64,000 bases of DNA from Syncephalis fuscata S228 (GCA_025786725.1 JAHLTZ010000006.1:124001-188000), one strand, 5' to 3'. Positions 27,855 to 42,134 are shown, counted from the first letter of the stretch. Translations and numbers: made by a program. The notes: generated by a model not told the origin, from the letters alone.

Positions 27855-30062
27855 ATGGCATCACAAGGTATCGACTTGTCTAGCCTGTACTTATTAGCAA
27901 TGTAACGCCTCATGTGTATATATATGTATATATAGAAACGAGAAAGTCAACGACATCCCGTCAATTGCGATCACGGCAATTATCACGAGATAATACGTAA
28001 GTAATGGGACATTGAAGAAAGTGGCGCCTAATAAACAGCTGTATATACTAGTAGTCCACAGGATAGGCGCGAGCAGAGAACACCAAGCCGGAATGCTATA
28101 GGCAAAGAGCGGACCTCTTCGACTGATTCCTCAGGTTCAGCTCAAACGGCTATATCGCCCATTGTTCCAGGTTCAATATTTGACAGTTCAACGCCTATAC
28201 GTAATCATTTAAGTAGTATACCAGAACAGCAAACAAGTTTTGAGCAACGTATAGCAAATCGTAGTAACATTGATAGCATAACTGAAGATGATTTGGATAT
28301 AACAGATCCAAATATGTCATTAAATGTGATGATCGGTTCATCAACACCAAATCAATTAATACGTCGATCCGGTAGACGTAGTAAGTTGTTAATAGTGTAG
28401 ATCGATGCGTAGATTAATTCATTTTAATAATGCAAATCAATATAAAGAACACCATACAGAAATATAGATCATAGTATGCTTTTATCTAATGAATCTAGTC
28501 CAGATACTTATCCGTATAGTTCAAATACGACACGCGATTTGCAATCAACTGTTCGACAAGGTAGTAGACGCCAGAGTAATTCGGTAAGCTGTTTATATTT
28601 AATTAATATCTAAAATAACATATATATATATATATTGATTAGTCGTTACGTCAAGCTGTCACTACAGACCAACATCAACGTCAAATAGGTGTTGGATCTC
28701 CATCTTCAACATTTGATTTGACACAAGCATCGTTTCTATCCAATAATTATCTAGATTTAGGACATGGTCAAAAAGATTTACCTTTTGAAGAGCCTAGCTC
28801 GATGGATTTAACACATTTAAGTTCTGATTTGTCTCTATTTAATACAAATAGTTTCCAATCACATTCAAAGTACCATACTGCCTTGTATAGCAGTAGACCA
28901 TCGACACCATCAATTCTATCTAAAACACCAGCTGATACTCGAGCGGGAAAAAGTTTAGAAATTAGTGGTAATATTTCAAGTATATTTAATGGTTCAATTG
29001 AGCCTCAACAGCAGCAATTAAATACAAATACTGCATTTAATCGAGATATGTCGACGCAAGATAGTGCGCCATTGACAACCATTAATGCTATTGCTGATTC
29101 AGTTTTAACAACTATCGATGGTTATATGTAAGTATGAATTATAATAATGATATTATAATTTATAGTTTATATCCCAATTAGAACAAATTACGAAGAAGAA
29201 TTGAACGAATTGAGTATATTACTAAAGAAGGGGCGGAGAGGCATCCAAGGAACAAATAAATCGATATTTGGTATTATTCCGTGATTTAACCGAGGAATAT
29301 TTTGTTAAACAACAAGTAAGTCGATGTTTAATTTAACTTGTATATTTTATTAATAATTAATAAATAACTATAGAGCAATCCAACTGCCGAACAATCAACT
29401 TACAATTATGCTGATAAAATAAGTAAAGTTCGCGCTAAACAGTTCCAAAAGATTCCTCAGATACAAAATGAACATCAACAAATATTGGCCAGTATATCTA
29501 TGAAGCAAAAGGAAATGGCTAGAGAACATCAGATGCAACAGGTAGATCAAATTATACATGCTATATATATAAAATAGCAATAAACTAATGAATATCAATA
29601 GACGGCACAACTAGCCAACGATCTTATGACGGATATTAGTGAATTAATCGCTTTAACATCAAAGGCTAAACAACAACAACAACAACAGTCACCAATAACC
29701 CTTGATCAATCTGATAACAGCAAATTAAAAGAACAAAGACTACAGGCTGTAAGTAATTAATTATTAATTAATTTAATTGTAATTTCTTATATAATTGTAA
29801 TTCCTAGATTAATATTAATACAACATTATCCAGATTACTGGATCCAAAATACAACTTTCCAATTGGCGCTCGGAATGATGATGACCTTAACGACTGGAAT
29901 GAATCCAATTCATTAGATGATATTATAGCAAAGTTATCGTTATTATCACCTCAAGAAAGAATGGCCTTTATTAACAAAAAGTATTCAAGTCATGTCTCAA
30001 ATCTACCAACAATAATGGGGCAACTTAAAGATTTATTGCAAATTAGCTCTATCTTATTCTAA
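27855..30062 (+). CDS. Hypothetical multi-exon protein: S/T/R-rich disordered N-terminus, helical or coiled-coil C-terminus
   Basis: ATG at 27855, a series of canonical short introns and open exons ending LKDLLQISSILF*. No family recognised. Confidence 0.6.
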
Positions 30063-30232
30063 CTGCCTATGCTATAGCAAATGGCAATAAAATGGTAGCG
30101 GCGCTACTAATGCTAATAAAGATATAATAGTGCAGCTAGCATATACACACTAAAGATAAATCAAATATTAAACGAATAGAACGGTGTTTATATGTTATTC
30201 TATTGTTGTGTGGACTGCGATGGCCGCGGCGA

Positions 30233-30439
30233 CTACGATGGTGGTCCATACTTCAAAAAAACAGGTCTACCACCGCTCCAAATCATTAAAGGCTTATAGT
30301 CAGGAGCATTTAGGTTGTTATCGGTATTAGTGGTTGCTGCTGGTGTTGTGTCTTCTGGTGTGGGTGAGGCAATGACCAGCCCTGCCGCAACTAATACTAG
30401 ACTTATAACGACAGAAACAGCCTGGTAACGGAACAACAT
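30233..30439 (-). CDS. Small secreted protein (68 aa)
   Basis: MLFRYQAVSVVISLVLVAAGLVIA-SPTP is a signal peptide with a typical A-SP cleavage site. The C-terminus follows a T7 run and may be affected by an indel. Confidence 0.65.
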   Translation of the reverse strand: MLFRYQAVSVVISLVLVAAGLVIASPTPEDTTPAATTNTDNNLNAPDYKPLMIWSGGRPVFLKYGPPS

Positions 30440-30616
30440 ATTTATATTGCTGTTAATAAAGGATACTTCAAAAAATTTAAAAAGTCACAAAGATGATGAA
30501 TAGTAACGGTGGCAATAGTAACGGTAGAAGACAGTAGGCAAAATGAGAAAGAAGTACTTTATATGCACGAATGATGTGCGTCCACTTCTTTTATTCTTTA
30601 CTTGGCCTTATCAGCT

Positions 30617-32057
30617 ATGGAACAGCAGCAGCAGCAGCACAAAGCACACTCTGCTTCACCAAGAACAGAGACAAGCAATGCTTCTCGTCTCAATGAATCC
30701 ACTGAAACAGCTCCTTTGGCTTCTTTGGATCAACAAGCTCAATTAGCGGTCGATGACTTGGTATCTAAAATACGTGGTGGGCGTGTATTGCTTGAAGAAC
30801 GTCGCCAAGATATAACTGGACAATCAACGACAACACCAACTAACGAGACTATACATAATGATGGCGGATTCGTGTCATTAGCGTAAGTTAGTAGAAAGTA
30901 TTTTATTTAATGTATAAGTAGTTATTTTATTTTATAGAGCTACGCGAAAAAGAACGGCATCACCAACTACTGCTGAACCACCAACAATAACACCGGCTCA
31001 AGTGCCCGTATCAGCAATAGTAACCACGGGAAGGGATAATGCCACAGCGCAATCCTCACGTGTACGACAAACGCCGTTAGAAACAACGTGGAGACCTGCT
31101 TCTATTAATAGCGTACTAGTCAATCGATGTCAGGCAAGTAGCAATGGCATATACATGATATAGCATAGTAGATAGTAACTATTTAATCTAGGAGGGCAAT
31201 TCTGTGCTAAGATACATTAAGAACGTTAGCTGGGAGTGGGGCGAAAATCTTTTACCAGACTATGTTGTAGGGGTCACTCAATGTATTCTTTATCTTAGGT
31301 AAATAGCTTATAACGTATTGTATATATATATATAGTATGTATTATACTAATTCTATTCTAATTGACAATAGTCTACGCTATCATCGATTGCGGCCTGAAT
31401 ATATTTATGATCGAATCCAGAAACTAGGCAATCGATATGTATTACGTGTTCTATTGGTACAAGTCGATGTGGTAAGTAGCTATTGCTATTACGTATTAGA
31501 ACGTGGTATAAATCTGAATGAAATATAGACAGACCATCAAGAATTAATTAGAGAGTTGACCCGGCTAGCTATGGGTGGCAATATGACACTATTTCTCGCT
31601 TGGAGGTAGTTATACAATTACAGTGACAAGTAATCAAACTAATCGCAATATCATTTAATAGTGCCGAAGAAGCAGGCAGATATATTGAGACATTTAAAGC
31701 GTATGAACATCGTCCACCCGATGCCATTCGTGAACGAGTAGATGACATTTATTTAGCAAAGGTAGAATGTATATAATATGTAATTGACAATCTACTAATA
31801 GTGACTTAGTTGACAAAATTCTTGACAGGAGTCAAATCAATTACAAAAACGGATGTTCTTACTTTAGTATCCCACTTTAATGTAAGTGCATGCCTATTTG
31901 GATTATTCACTTTTAACATCATGTATATGTAATCCAGTCGGTTAAACGTATAATAGAGGCAACACCGGAAGAATTAAGTACATTGCCAGGATTTGGTGAA
32001 CAAAAAGTACGCCGATTATGTGAAGCATTTTCACAGCCATTTATTACACGCGAATAA
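30617..32057 (+). CDS. ERCC1: Nucleotide excision repair endonuclease subunit ERCC1/Rad10/Swi10
   Basis: [73 protein letters not shown], HhH end [17 protein letters not shown]. Confidence 0.95.
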
Positions 32058-32142
32058 TCTGTTAATGCTATTTTGTTTAATAAATATTATTTAATGTGTA
32101 ATATTTATTGTTATTATTATTGATTCGTACTATTTATTGTAA

Positions 32143-33057
32143 TTAAAGCTTGCTATTTTGCCAACGTGGTGGTCGGCGTTCAGCAAATGCTTTTACACCT
32201 TCAATTGCATTCTGTCCTGAGCTAGTAATACGTAGCTCATCCGACTGAATTAGATGCTTTGTAGCCTCACCCGTCGAATCGTTTAATGCCCAGTTAGCGG
32301 CTAGTTTTGTTACGCCAACCGCATCGGGTGATGCTGTCGTAATTAGCCGAGCATAAGCAAGTGCCGTTTTAAGTGCTTCCTTTTTACTTTGCACAACCTC
32401 GTTAACAAATCCGTATTCTTTAGCTTCACGCGCCGATAATACTCGGCCCGTTAGTAGGATGGACATGGCTCGCTGATAGCCTACAACACGTACAAGCTGA
32501 GCAATACCGCCATTAGCTGCAACAACACCTCGTTTTACCTCGGGCATAGCAAAGGTAGCCCGTTCTGTAGCCACTACGACATCACACGCTAGTATAATTT
32601 CCATACCGCCACCAAAAGCATAGCCTTGAACAGCGCAATGACTGGTTTGCGTGCCCCTTCCCGTCGAGTCAGCCCACCAAAGCCCGATGATGGATAAGCA
32701 TGAATATCGATGGCGCCGACACTTTTAGACGAGTTGTCATTATTTGTTAACAGTGACTTCAAGTCGGCACCAGCACAAAAGCTCTTTTCGCCCGCACCAG
32801 TTATCTATACACCGCACAATGACGTTAACAAGCTATATAAGCATTTGCACATAGTATCTACCACTTACAACTGAACACCAGATTTCCGGCTCACTTTCCA
32901 CATAGTCAAAGACGGTTGCCAATTCGTGGTGAGCAGGTAAATGAAGCGCATTGCGCATATCCGGTCGGTTTAGCGTAATAAGTAGCGTATGCGACGCGAC
33001 CAACTGCAACAAACAGTATCTCGTCGGCGGCAATGGTGATGTTAGTTTATGGCTCAT
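32143..33057 (-). CDS. Enoyl-CoA hydratase/isomerase (crotonase) family, peroxisomal (PTS1 SKL)
   Basis: ITLNRPDMRNAL, GAGEKSFCAGADLK, AFGGGMEIILACDVVVA, FAMPEVKRG, EGVKAFAERRPPRWQNSKL*. Confidence 0.93.
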
Positions 33058-33810
33058 TGTGCTTGGGCAGTAGGTAGGTAGGTAGGTATATACGCAAGCC
33101 TAGTGGTTATAGTAACAACAGTGTTGTGAAAGTATATCAGAAAGAACGTATTTTGTGTGGGGGCGTGTACGTATTACAGTATCTTGAAACTCAATACCAA
33201 TCGGAAGTGATTCGGCAGATTCTCGATATTATCATGATCATAGACAGCAATCTAACTGTTGAAACATATTCAATTAAAAATAATATAAATATAAATAATA
33301 TACTACCTTTAATTTGCAATATACTGTTAATTAGTATTACTGTGCTTATTCATCTATTTGTATGACAATTATCGTTACTTCAATCCATACATTACAATAA
33401 AGAAATGCTTTTTAGCACCACATTGATTCGTAGATGTATTTTGGCACTAGTTGGCCTATAATTATGCATTGTTGCTTTAGCTAATTATAATAAGCTAAAA
33501 TGTACATTTATGTTTTATTAGCAAGTGTGACCGCACTTGAATCTTGAATTTGGTGATTTTGAGTAGTCGTGACACATATTATAGCAATGCAAAATGATTA
33601 ACAATGCGTCAGTACTAAATATAAATAGTACATCTATATGGCACTAGTCCGTCCACACACTACCGCACTTGCTAAATTTATCAAAGCGTCTTGCTCAAAT
33701 CTACTTGCAAACTAGCGATTATCACAAGTATCCAACTTTTACTGAATTTTATACTTGACATGTCAGCCAACACCATCACTACTACGATGCAAAATAGTCA
33801 TTGTAGGACT

Positions 33811-35488
33811 ATGACTACAAATACCAAAGTCACTCAGAATAATAGTCACGCCTTTTAGAACAACATCAGGAGCTAGAAACGCTACAGGTACTAGCCTAGC
33901 TATTATCATATCATTTCCCTCTAACCAACTATTGTGTAAGATGATATTTCCGGATACATTTAGTTATCACTTTGATAACGACGTAGGTTATTCCGGTGTA
34001 CTTCAGGTACCTATTGAACTCGATAGTGAACATCCCATAGCTGCTAGTACAGTAACAATTGATGCAACAACAACAACAACAACAACAGTAGCTAGCGAGC
34101 CTTGTGTTATCGGCAATGTTCGCCATCTGCCACCAATAGTACTATCATTTACACTTTCACATGACTATCCGTCAGTCTCTGCGCCACAGCTAACACTAAA
34201 CTGTGAATGGTTGAATTCGGGTGTACTAAATAATATTGAAAATAATTTAATTGATGCTTGGTCGGATATAAAGGATGTGGTAAGTCATGATTAAATAGCT
34301 ATTTAACATTTAGTAGCTATGATAGCGTTTTTACTTACTGCTATTTTATAGATTCTATTTCAGTGGAAGGATATTTTAAACGATATCCCACTAACTATGC
34401 CATTGGCCGTGCCATTAGTTTTTTCAAATGGCAAGTCAGCTAGGCTACTCGTAGCAATTAGTTAATTTTATTATTTATTATATTCTTATAGACCATGCTC
34501 AGCGAATTTTGGATTATAATCAAACGATTTTAGATGCAGAGTTTGCTCGCACCTTGCATTCGTGTCCAGTTTGCTTAGAGGAGATTCGCGGACAAAAGTG
34601 CTTTCGTTTAGGCTGTGGGCACGTCTTTTGCACCACTTGTCTTGTTGACTATTTTACGCTGTTAATCCGTGAAGGCCAACTTGAAGCAGTACGCTGTCCA
34701 GATACATCGAATGGACATACAGCCTATAATCCAACTGTATTGGAGCTGAAACAAATTGTTGGTGCTGAACTGCAAAAGCGTTTTGCAGATTTAAAGGAAC
34801 GGCGCAGTAATGAAGCAAATCCAGCTATATTTTGGTGTCCACGACCAACTTGTCAAGGACCGGCACTTTGCGAGGCACTTGTGCCAAAACACGCAACAAG
34901 TATTAAGCAAGAGGATGTATCACAAGTTGCCCAACTTGCAGTGTGCCGGCGATGCAATTTCTGCTTTTGCATTTCGTGTCGTCGAAGCTGGCATGGGCCG
35001 GCAAATCCATGTGATTTACCAAATACACCTGAAGATCGTCAAGAGCTTGCAGAAAATTATGCAGCAGCCGACAAAGACGAACGTCTTGTACTAGAAAAGC
35101 AGTATGGCCGTAACACAATTCGTGAACTAGTACGTCAAACACTAGACGAAGATGCTATATCCGAAGATGAAGGGGAGGAAGAGGAAGAAGCTAGTAATAC
35201 AAATAATCCTAGCACTTCATCGTCTACTCGTTCTAGGAAGCGAATTGGCCGCACTAAAGAACGCAAGGAATCGCGTGCTTGGATTCAGTCCCACACAAAA
35301 AAATGCCCCACTGTCGTTCACCTATACAAAAAAATGCAGGGTGCAATCGTATACGCTGCAGCATTTGCTCTAACTCATTCTGTTGGCTTTGTAATGAATT
35401 ATTGTCAGTACATACTCCTTATGAGCATTACTCCGATGCCAGCTCACGATGCTATAACAAATGTTATACAGATGATGATCAACATTAA
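33811..35488 (+). CDS. RWD-domain RBR (RING-IBR-RING) E3 ubiquitin ligase, RNF14/Itt1-like; frameshifts near 33855 and 35300
   Basis: QELETLQMIFPD and HLPPIVLSFTLSHDYPS (RWD); CPVCLEE...CGHVFCTTC (RING1); WCPRPTCQ...CRRCNFCFCISCRRSWHG (IBR); CPHCRSPIQKNAGCNRIRCSICSNSFCWLC (RING2). Confidence 0.92.
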
Positions 35489-36132
35489 TTGGGCATCAAC
35501 ATATACAAAGAAATAAATACTTTCTTTATAACGCAAATCTGCTGATTTATAACAAAAGCTGCGACTGTATAAATCCTAATAATAAGTTGACGTAAATTGG
35601 AATAAAAAGCTATTTTTATTATTGTTTAGACCACAGTATTAAATATTTATAAAAGTGTCAGAGTTCTAATAAAATTATATAGTATAAAACGCGTGGTGGA
35701 AAAAATATAAAGTACAACAAATGTAGCAAAGCTTAAATTGAAACTTTGCTTATTGATGTAATTTAGTTAGTTAATTACAGCATCACCATCTTAGCACGTA
35801 TATACTACTGATGTATTAAAAAACAAGCTAGTTTATTGAATATATTGATTATGAAACACTGTTGCGCCATCGTATTTTAATGTGGTTTTATAGTATAAAA
35901 AGTTAGTATTTATGCACGTACAGCAGATATATCGCAGAGTTATAATGATTTAAGCAAAAAAATGCTTGATGAGTGACAAGCATAATGTAATAAGACTGAA
36001 CGAACACAAAAAATGTTCAGACAGTCGAATTCAAGTAAATAGCTTGCAAGTTTAAAGAAAATGAAATGGAAACGAAGACAGAGGCCAAGTTCTACCGCAA
36101 TGGCAATAATGCAATAGTAATGCTTGCTTACG

Positions 36133-37344
36133 CTAGTAAATGCTTGATGAAAATAGGCCATGTCCAGATGGCGTTGGATTGACGGTAGGCACAGCCGGAT
36201 GAATGCCAATCATCCATCCTAGACCTTTTCTAAACGAATCAAGTACATTGTCTAGAGTGCCGTCGGATTGTGCGCAGTGTCGCTCTAAGCAACGATACCA
36301 CTCGGATACCGTTTGTTCGCCGTATATTTTACCTTCAGTCGCGCATTTTGCAGCAACATCAACTGCCAACTGCCATCGTTCTGCCAATCGACGATATAGA
36401 TCACCGCGATAGGCACGTTCGTGTTCAGGATTGTCCCAGTGTGGCATTTGTTCTATAATGCTTGCTGCCAGTGCTAGATAGGCAAACGAGGTGACAGAGT
36501 GTTCGGATGCTTGTACAAAGTGATCGCCGTATTGTAGCAGACTTGTACGCAATTCATCGAGTACAGGTCGGACGCGATAGAAAGTATAATCATCACGGCC
36601 AGGACCAGTGCGTGAGTAGGGAAATGCAGCGTGTAAACGACGACTTAGAGCATTTAATGCCGATGTGACATTTTGAATGGTTGGTCGTGGCAATTGAGCC
36701 ACAACTTCAGGACGTAAATGAGGATGTTTATCGACGAGTGTAGTAAGCAGCGTAGTAAGCTGCTGTTTATCCAATGATTCTAGATAAATAAAATTAAATT
36801 AGTTATTTGCAAAGTATTTATCGATAATAACATACCTAATAGTTTTGGTAGAGGCAACTGTACTGGCCCAGCTACTGTACGGAATCGTTTGGTTGTAGCC
36901 ACTGGACGAGATGCTATCGATGAATCTCGTGTGTTATGACCATTAATGCTGGATGATAGTCCTGGCGAAGGGGAACGATCGGATCGGTCGTGCATTTCTT
37001 CATCATCTTCAGAGGTTGCTCGGCGTTTTCGACCTGTAAATGTTACGATTAGCTCGTGTAATGTAAATTAAGCAGCTGCATGCGTCATCATGTATAACAG
37101 TTGGTTACACGTGACAGTTTATCAAATAAAGAGACTTACCATTGCTTCCGGCTACTAGCGAGCCAGTAATGGAGCCAGATGTTGCTATATGAGATGACAA
37201 TGGTGATAATTCGCGACGGAATATCATCTTCTGTGGTGTTCCATGTGGGTGTTGATGTTGATGCGGATGCCGCAAAGGGAACCCAATGCCAGCATTGTCG
37301 CTAGTAAGCACGGGGAAACAAGGGGAGCTTGCGTTGAAGGCCAT
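36133..37344 (-). CDS. STS1: Nuclear proteasome tether Sts1/Cut8, 3 exons
   Basis: GRKRR NLS, LPLPKLLESLDKQQLTTLLTTLVDKHPHL...LPRPTI...AFPYS...DDYTFYRVRPVLDEL, typical of Cut8/Sts1. Confidence 0.88.
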
Positions 37345-38430
37345 TATATAGCACAGGAGTGAGGCAATAGTGTAGTGGAGAGAAGAAAGGGGCCGAGAGC
37401 GATATTAAACTTCGTCGTGGCAGTTGTAGTGACAGTAATAGTGATAGCAAATAACAACGTGAAGCGGCACAGAGTGTCTACACGTAAGTGGCGTAACAAT
37501 ACGCAGGATTGGCTGTAAACAAAACAAGAGACAAAAAGGAGTGGAAATAAAGGAAAATAAAGTAAGCGCTGGTCGTTGTTGTCGTTGTCGTTGTTGATAA
37601 CAGTAAATCTGCGGTTGACTAGACAACACTGTACGTGAACTCGATGCAATGCTACACGTCAACACCGACACAGTATATATGGCCGCTGACAATGGTAGCC
37701 TAGCCAGAAAGCTAACGCACTTGTTTATCCTATCAACAGCGATAAGCGCTGACGGACGTGGGATTCAGTAGAAAAGGGTGGTAATAAAAGCTATATGTTT
37801 GAGTAGTAACCGAGCCAATGCAGAATATTCTACACTTGGTCAGCGATGACTTGCAACACGATCGGCAAGCAGTGCGCCACAATGGTGTACAGAATATGCC
37901 CGCGAGAGTGGACGAGAGAGAGAAAAGAACGGTATAAGCACTAGGAAACTGTATGGTGTGTGGATAGAATAGGAATGAGAAAGAAAAGCAAATGGGAAGA
38001 AAGGTGGACGAGAAAGTCAAATGATTGTGGAGGTAAGAAATTGTATTAGCACAGTAATGATGATTATTACAATAATATTAATCTATTGATTATAATACTA
38101 ATAATAGCACCATTACGCACCACACTTAATCGTTTCCTCTCTCACACTGATATATATGTGTGTGTGTGTGTATGGCATAGACTTGTTTTAAAAATGTCAA
38201 TTTCACAAATCAGACTTTGGGTGGATTTAAATCCTTGTTTTTCAGTGGTACCAATGAGGTCACTGAATAAATTAACTATGACTCGTTTAACAATCATCTA
38301 TTAATATGTCTGTGTCTCTCTTCTATGTGTGTGTGTGTGTGTGTGTGTAAGCGGAGTGATGCGGTATTTCTTTGTTAACACCACTTTTTGTCAAAGGTTT
38401 TAGAACCAACGGCCATCTATAGATTACAAT

Positions 38431-38832
38431 ATGACCATCACTAGCAATATACTATGTTCAACAAGTAGGCCATCGTACATTTGGCGTCGACAACAACTGA
38501 AACGGCTACTTGCAGCACGCGCCATCTCCACGCCTTCTACTTTGTCATCCTCGTCAACTTTGTCTTCTTCGTTATCAGTTTCTCAGCGCCATCCTATGAC
38601 GATTGGTTATCACCAGCGGGACCTTTTACAGTTTTATGGAGGAGACGCGGCTCGACTTCGTCTCCGTCCTATTAGACTGGATTCACAAGAATTGCAACAA
38701 CAACGACAACGCCGTCGGGATCAACGCCAATCAAGTGCTGAGCAAGAATCTGATGAACATAATGATTTATTTGGATTCTTCCGACCATTTGCCGTTGGAA
38801 CAATAGGCTATCTAGGATATGAGCATTTTTAG
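38431..38832 (+). CDS. Hypothetical protein (133 aa), Arg/Ser-rich
   Basis: ATG-started, more GC-rich ORF within AT-rich flanks. No motif recognised. Confidence 0.45.
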   Translation: MTITSNILCSTSRPSYIWRRQQLKRLLAARAISTPSTLSSSSTLSSSLSVSQRHPMTIGYHQRDLLQFYGGDAARLRLRPIRLDSQELQQQRQRRRDQRQSSAEQESDEHNDLFGFFRPFAVGTIGYLGYEHF

Positions 38833-40755
38833 ACGATGATGAATATGCTTTTTCTTAACTGATGGCATTTCTTGATAGCCCAAGCCTATATGTATATGTA
38901 CTGGCATTGAAAGTATATAATATAGCTTACACAGTTTTCTATTAAATAGTATTATTTCAAAAGTGCTTATAGTGTTACAACTCTAGTTTAGAGACTGTAA
39001 CTCAGATGACCAACTACATCTTGTCTTAACATATCTATATACTAACAAAAAGCAATATAATGATATCATGCTATATAATAGCTAATAAATAAATACCACT
39101 TTTTAGCTGTAGCTATGATTCCAAAAGTCTTTTTTAATATTGTGTAGTCGATAAAGAATAAAGCAGCATAAAATTCTACGAGTGAGCAAGTAAAGGCGTG
39201 TAAATTTAGTGAAAAGCTACAGCGGCTATGACTACAAGATGAACCAATATTTGCAATAAATGCGATCAGCAATACACAAACAATGTTTCATTAATACTGT
39301 ATTATCAGTAAATCATATAGTGGTATATAATAAAATGAATATACATTGGTGATGATATGAATAAACAGATGATATATGTGTAAAGATAATAATGATAGTT
39401 TTTATCACTGACCGCAGTCATTGTCTAGTTCCATGTTTAGTAGGCCAAATAGTAGTTCAGTTGTACAATTATTAGCAAACAAAATTAAATGTTTAATAAA
39501 AGCCAATATTATAAGATGAATGCCAGTTGGGAATGTGATGTATATAAATACTAAAAATGCCGTGCATTGTTTATTATAAAAGGATCATACAGTAATTTTA
39601 TAGTCAATCCATTGTAAGAACAAAGTATAAATGTATTAATAATAGAATTTTTGGTAATACTATTCATAGTACAATATAGACGTCAGTGTTTACAACACAG
39701 CATAATCAGCCAAGTATTTAGTGTTATATAAATAGTATAATGGTGTATAAAAAGAAGTAAAAGTATTGAAATCTAAATCTAATTTTATGGATCTAGAATT
39801 TATAGATAGATATAGCTTGCAGATAGGTCAAACATTCAACATCGATGTATTTACAGTGCTATGTCTTGGAAGAAGTGCGAGTAAAAAGTATTATGTTTAA
39901 TAATTAACTAGCACCAAATATACAACGAGATTGATGACAAGACTGCTCAACATTATAACAGCTACTCTGTGTGCAAATACAACAAGAAAGATTTATACTG
40001 CCAGTGCTTAAGTTTTTGGCAGCTACCAAGGATAAATTGTTTTGTTGCTTCAGGGCTTTGCTGTACGTGCTATTCTAGTAAGCAACTATGTAGATTGGAC
40101 ACTAAGAACCTTTGAACAGATGTATTTTATTTATATAGCATATCACTCAATTTACCTGCCATGCCCGCATTGTTCCAAATCGTACATCTAGGATGTATAT
40201 AACAAAATACAACAAATAGCACAGCTGTTTTTACAAAATTAATAACTTTGCGTTGCTGCATGTTGATAGTCATGTATCAGTAGGGTTTATGCTTATTATC
40301 GCCTTCAAATTATATGTACTGCTTAATGGCTTTTATCACATCATTTGCATATATAAAAACAAGTTATATAAAAATTTGGACTACGACGGTTGAACCTTTG
40401 CTTTACTGCTGATATGCATATCATATGCTTATGTGAACGCATTTCAATGGATGTGAATTGTGTCCACATGATGCCCTTTATAATCTTTGCGTTACTGACA
40501 TAAATCCAATTAATTCTTCATGCGGCTGCAGTTTTGTCGGCGTAAATTATGTACACAGCGTATCATACATTGAGTTAATATTCACATTTCTGCAGTTTTT
40601 ATGACTTTAAATAGCTCACTCTAGCGCAAAAATAAAATTATGCCTTATCTAACCGCTCGTTCTTTGTTCACCCATACATAGTAGCTGTTACATATCCTGT
40701 ACTGAACACGCATTGACATCTAGTAAACTATCCATCCCAGCAAATCGATATCAAA

Positions 40756-41115
40756 ATGAAACTTTTTGCTATTGCTGTATATACCGTTGCTTTATTGCTT
40801 ATAGCTACAACAACAAATGCTAGTCTAAGTCGTCTTCGTCGAAGACTACCGTTGAATCAAGCACAAGGTTCATACACACCTAACGAAAGTGGCAACGCTG
40901 TAAAATCAAGCTCAGGCCATTCAGTTCAAAATCAGCCAAATGTGGAGGCATGGTCAGTCCAATCTCAACCAAAACAAGCTCAAGAAGATACAGCAAATCA
41001 ACCAGGTCAAAAACAACTATATCGAAGCGCAGGGCCAATCCAGTTCCAACCGAATCAAGCCCAAGCAAATCAAGTGGCACCAAATGGGAAAGGCATAGGA
41101 GCATGGCCAGTTTGA
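40756..41115 (+). CDS. Small secreted Gln/Asn-rich protein (119 aa)
   Basis: MKLFAIAVYTVALLLIATTTNA signal peptide, then an RLRRR basic processing-like site and QP/QAQ semi-repeats. Intronless. Confidence 0.75.
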   Translation: MKLFAIAVYTVALLLIATTTNASLSRLRRRLPLNQAQGSYTPNESGNAVKSSSGHSVQNQPNVEAWSVQSQPKQAQEDTANQPGQKQLYRSAGPIQFQPNQAQANQVAPNGKGIGAWPV

Positions 41116-41618
41116 TTTTAAAAGCAGCAAGTCCGAGATAGAGCTAGTGCCATTAGCTAAATCATATTTCACATATAATATAATGATTGATACTTGCAGT
41201 CAGCATGCTTTAATTCAGTTGATGTAAACTATATACGTAGTGCATATTCTACATTGAAGTGATATTTGTATTTTTGTTGTTGTTATAACTTTAAGTAGCG
41301 TACACCGACTCAAAGTTAAAATGACCGTTTATTGTTTATTGTGCAATATATATATATATATTAAATATCCTTCGCTAGACACGTATTGCTATCTAGTCTA
41401 TTGTTTATCATTGTAATATTTAAATTAGCAAAAGTTATCTTTAAACGTTTACATAATATAACATTCAACAATAATAGGTATGCATATAATGGATACCCTC
41501 TAGTATCTTTACATTAAGATCAAATAATTGACAACACCAATACCTGGATCTAATGTTTGATTGTCAAACAAGTCGATGCATAACAAACAAGAATCAATAC
41601 AAATAATCAGTAGTCAAG

Positions 41619-42134
41619 AATAAGGCCTGTATCAGCGGTTGTTCACACTGTGTCAAAAATAACCCGTTTACTTCTGTAACCAAACTGCAATATTGTCAAT
41701 TAAATTAATTGAATTTACTAGCTTAAGACAATGGATTATCAGTATTTGTTTGCGCATTGCGGAATTTTCCGCCATACATAGAAGAAAATACAGTTTCTTT
41801 TGAACATATCCACGTGCAAAGCAGACCCGCCACATACAGTATTTTCTATAGTGGCTTCTTACATCTTACAACATTGACCACTCTTTTTACGGAATAATTC
41901 ATTATGCATTCATAAAACAGGTTCAAACTAAACGAAACCTTCCCCCCTCTCGCTTTCTAAAACTGGGGAGGGCGTGTTAACCAACCAATAGGCCAAAACA
42001 CCATTTCAGGCCATCATGTTAGATCACTCATTAACAATAAAGCTTGTATCAGCATTTATTTACACGGGCTAAATATAACCCGTTTATTCTTGTAGCTTAA
42101 TTACAATGTCACATTAAATGAATTTGTAAACTAA
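41619..42134 (+). repeat. Diverged ~100-bp direct repeat pair (41619-41721 and 42036-42134)
   Basis: AATAAggccTGTATCAGC...ACAC...ATAACCCGTTTA...TGTA...ATTAAAT..ATT...ACTA is shared by both copies. Confidence 0.6.

Noticed and set aside
39066-39291. Possible degraded secreted-peptide gene on the minus strand (MK..IVCVLLIAFIANIGS)
   Set aside because: It needs a frameshift to link the ATG, the composition is AT-rich and there is no further support.
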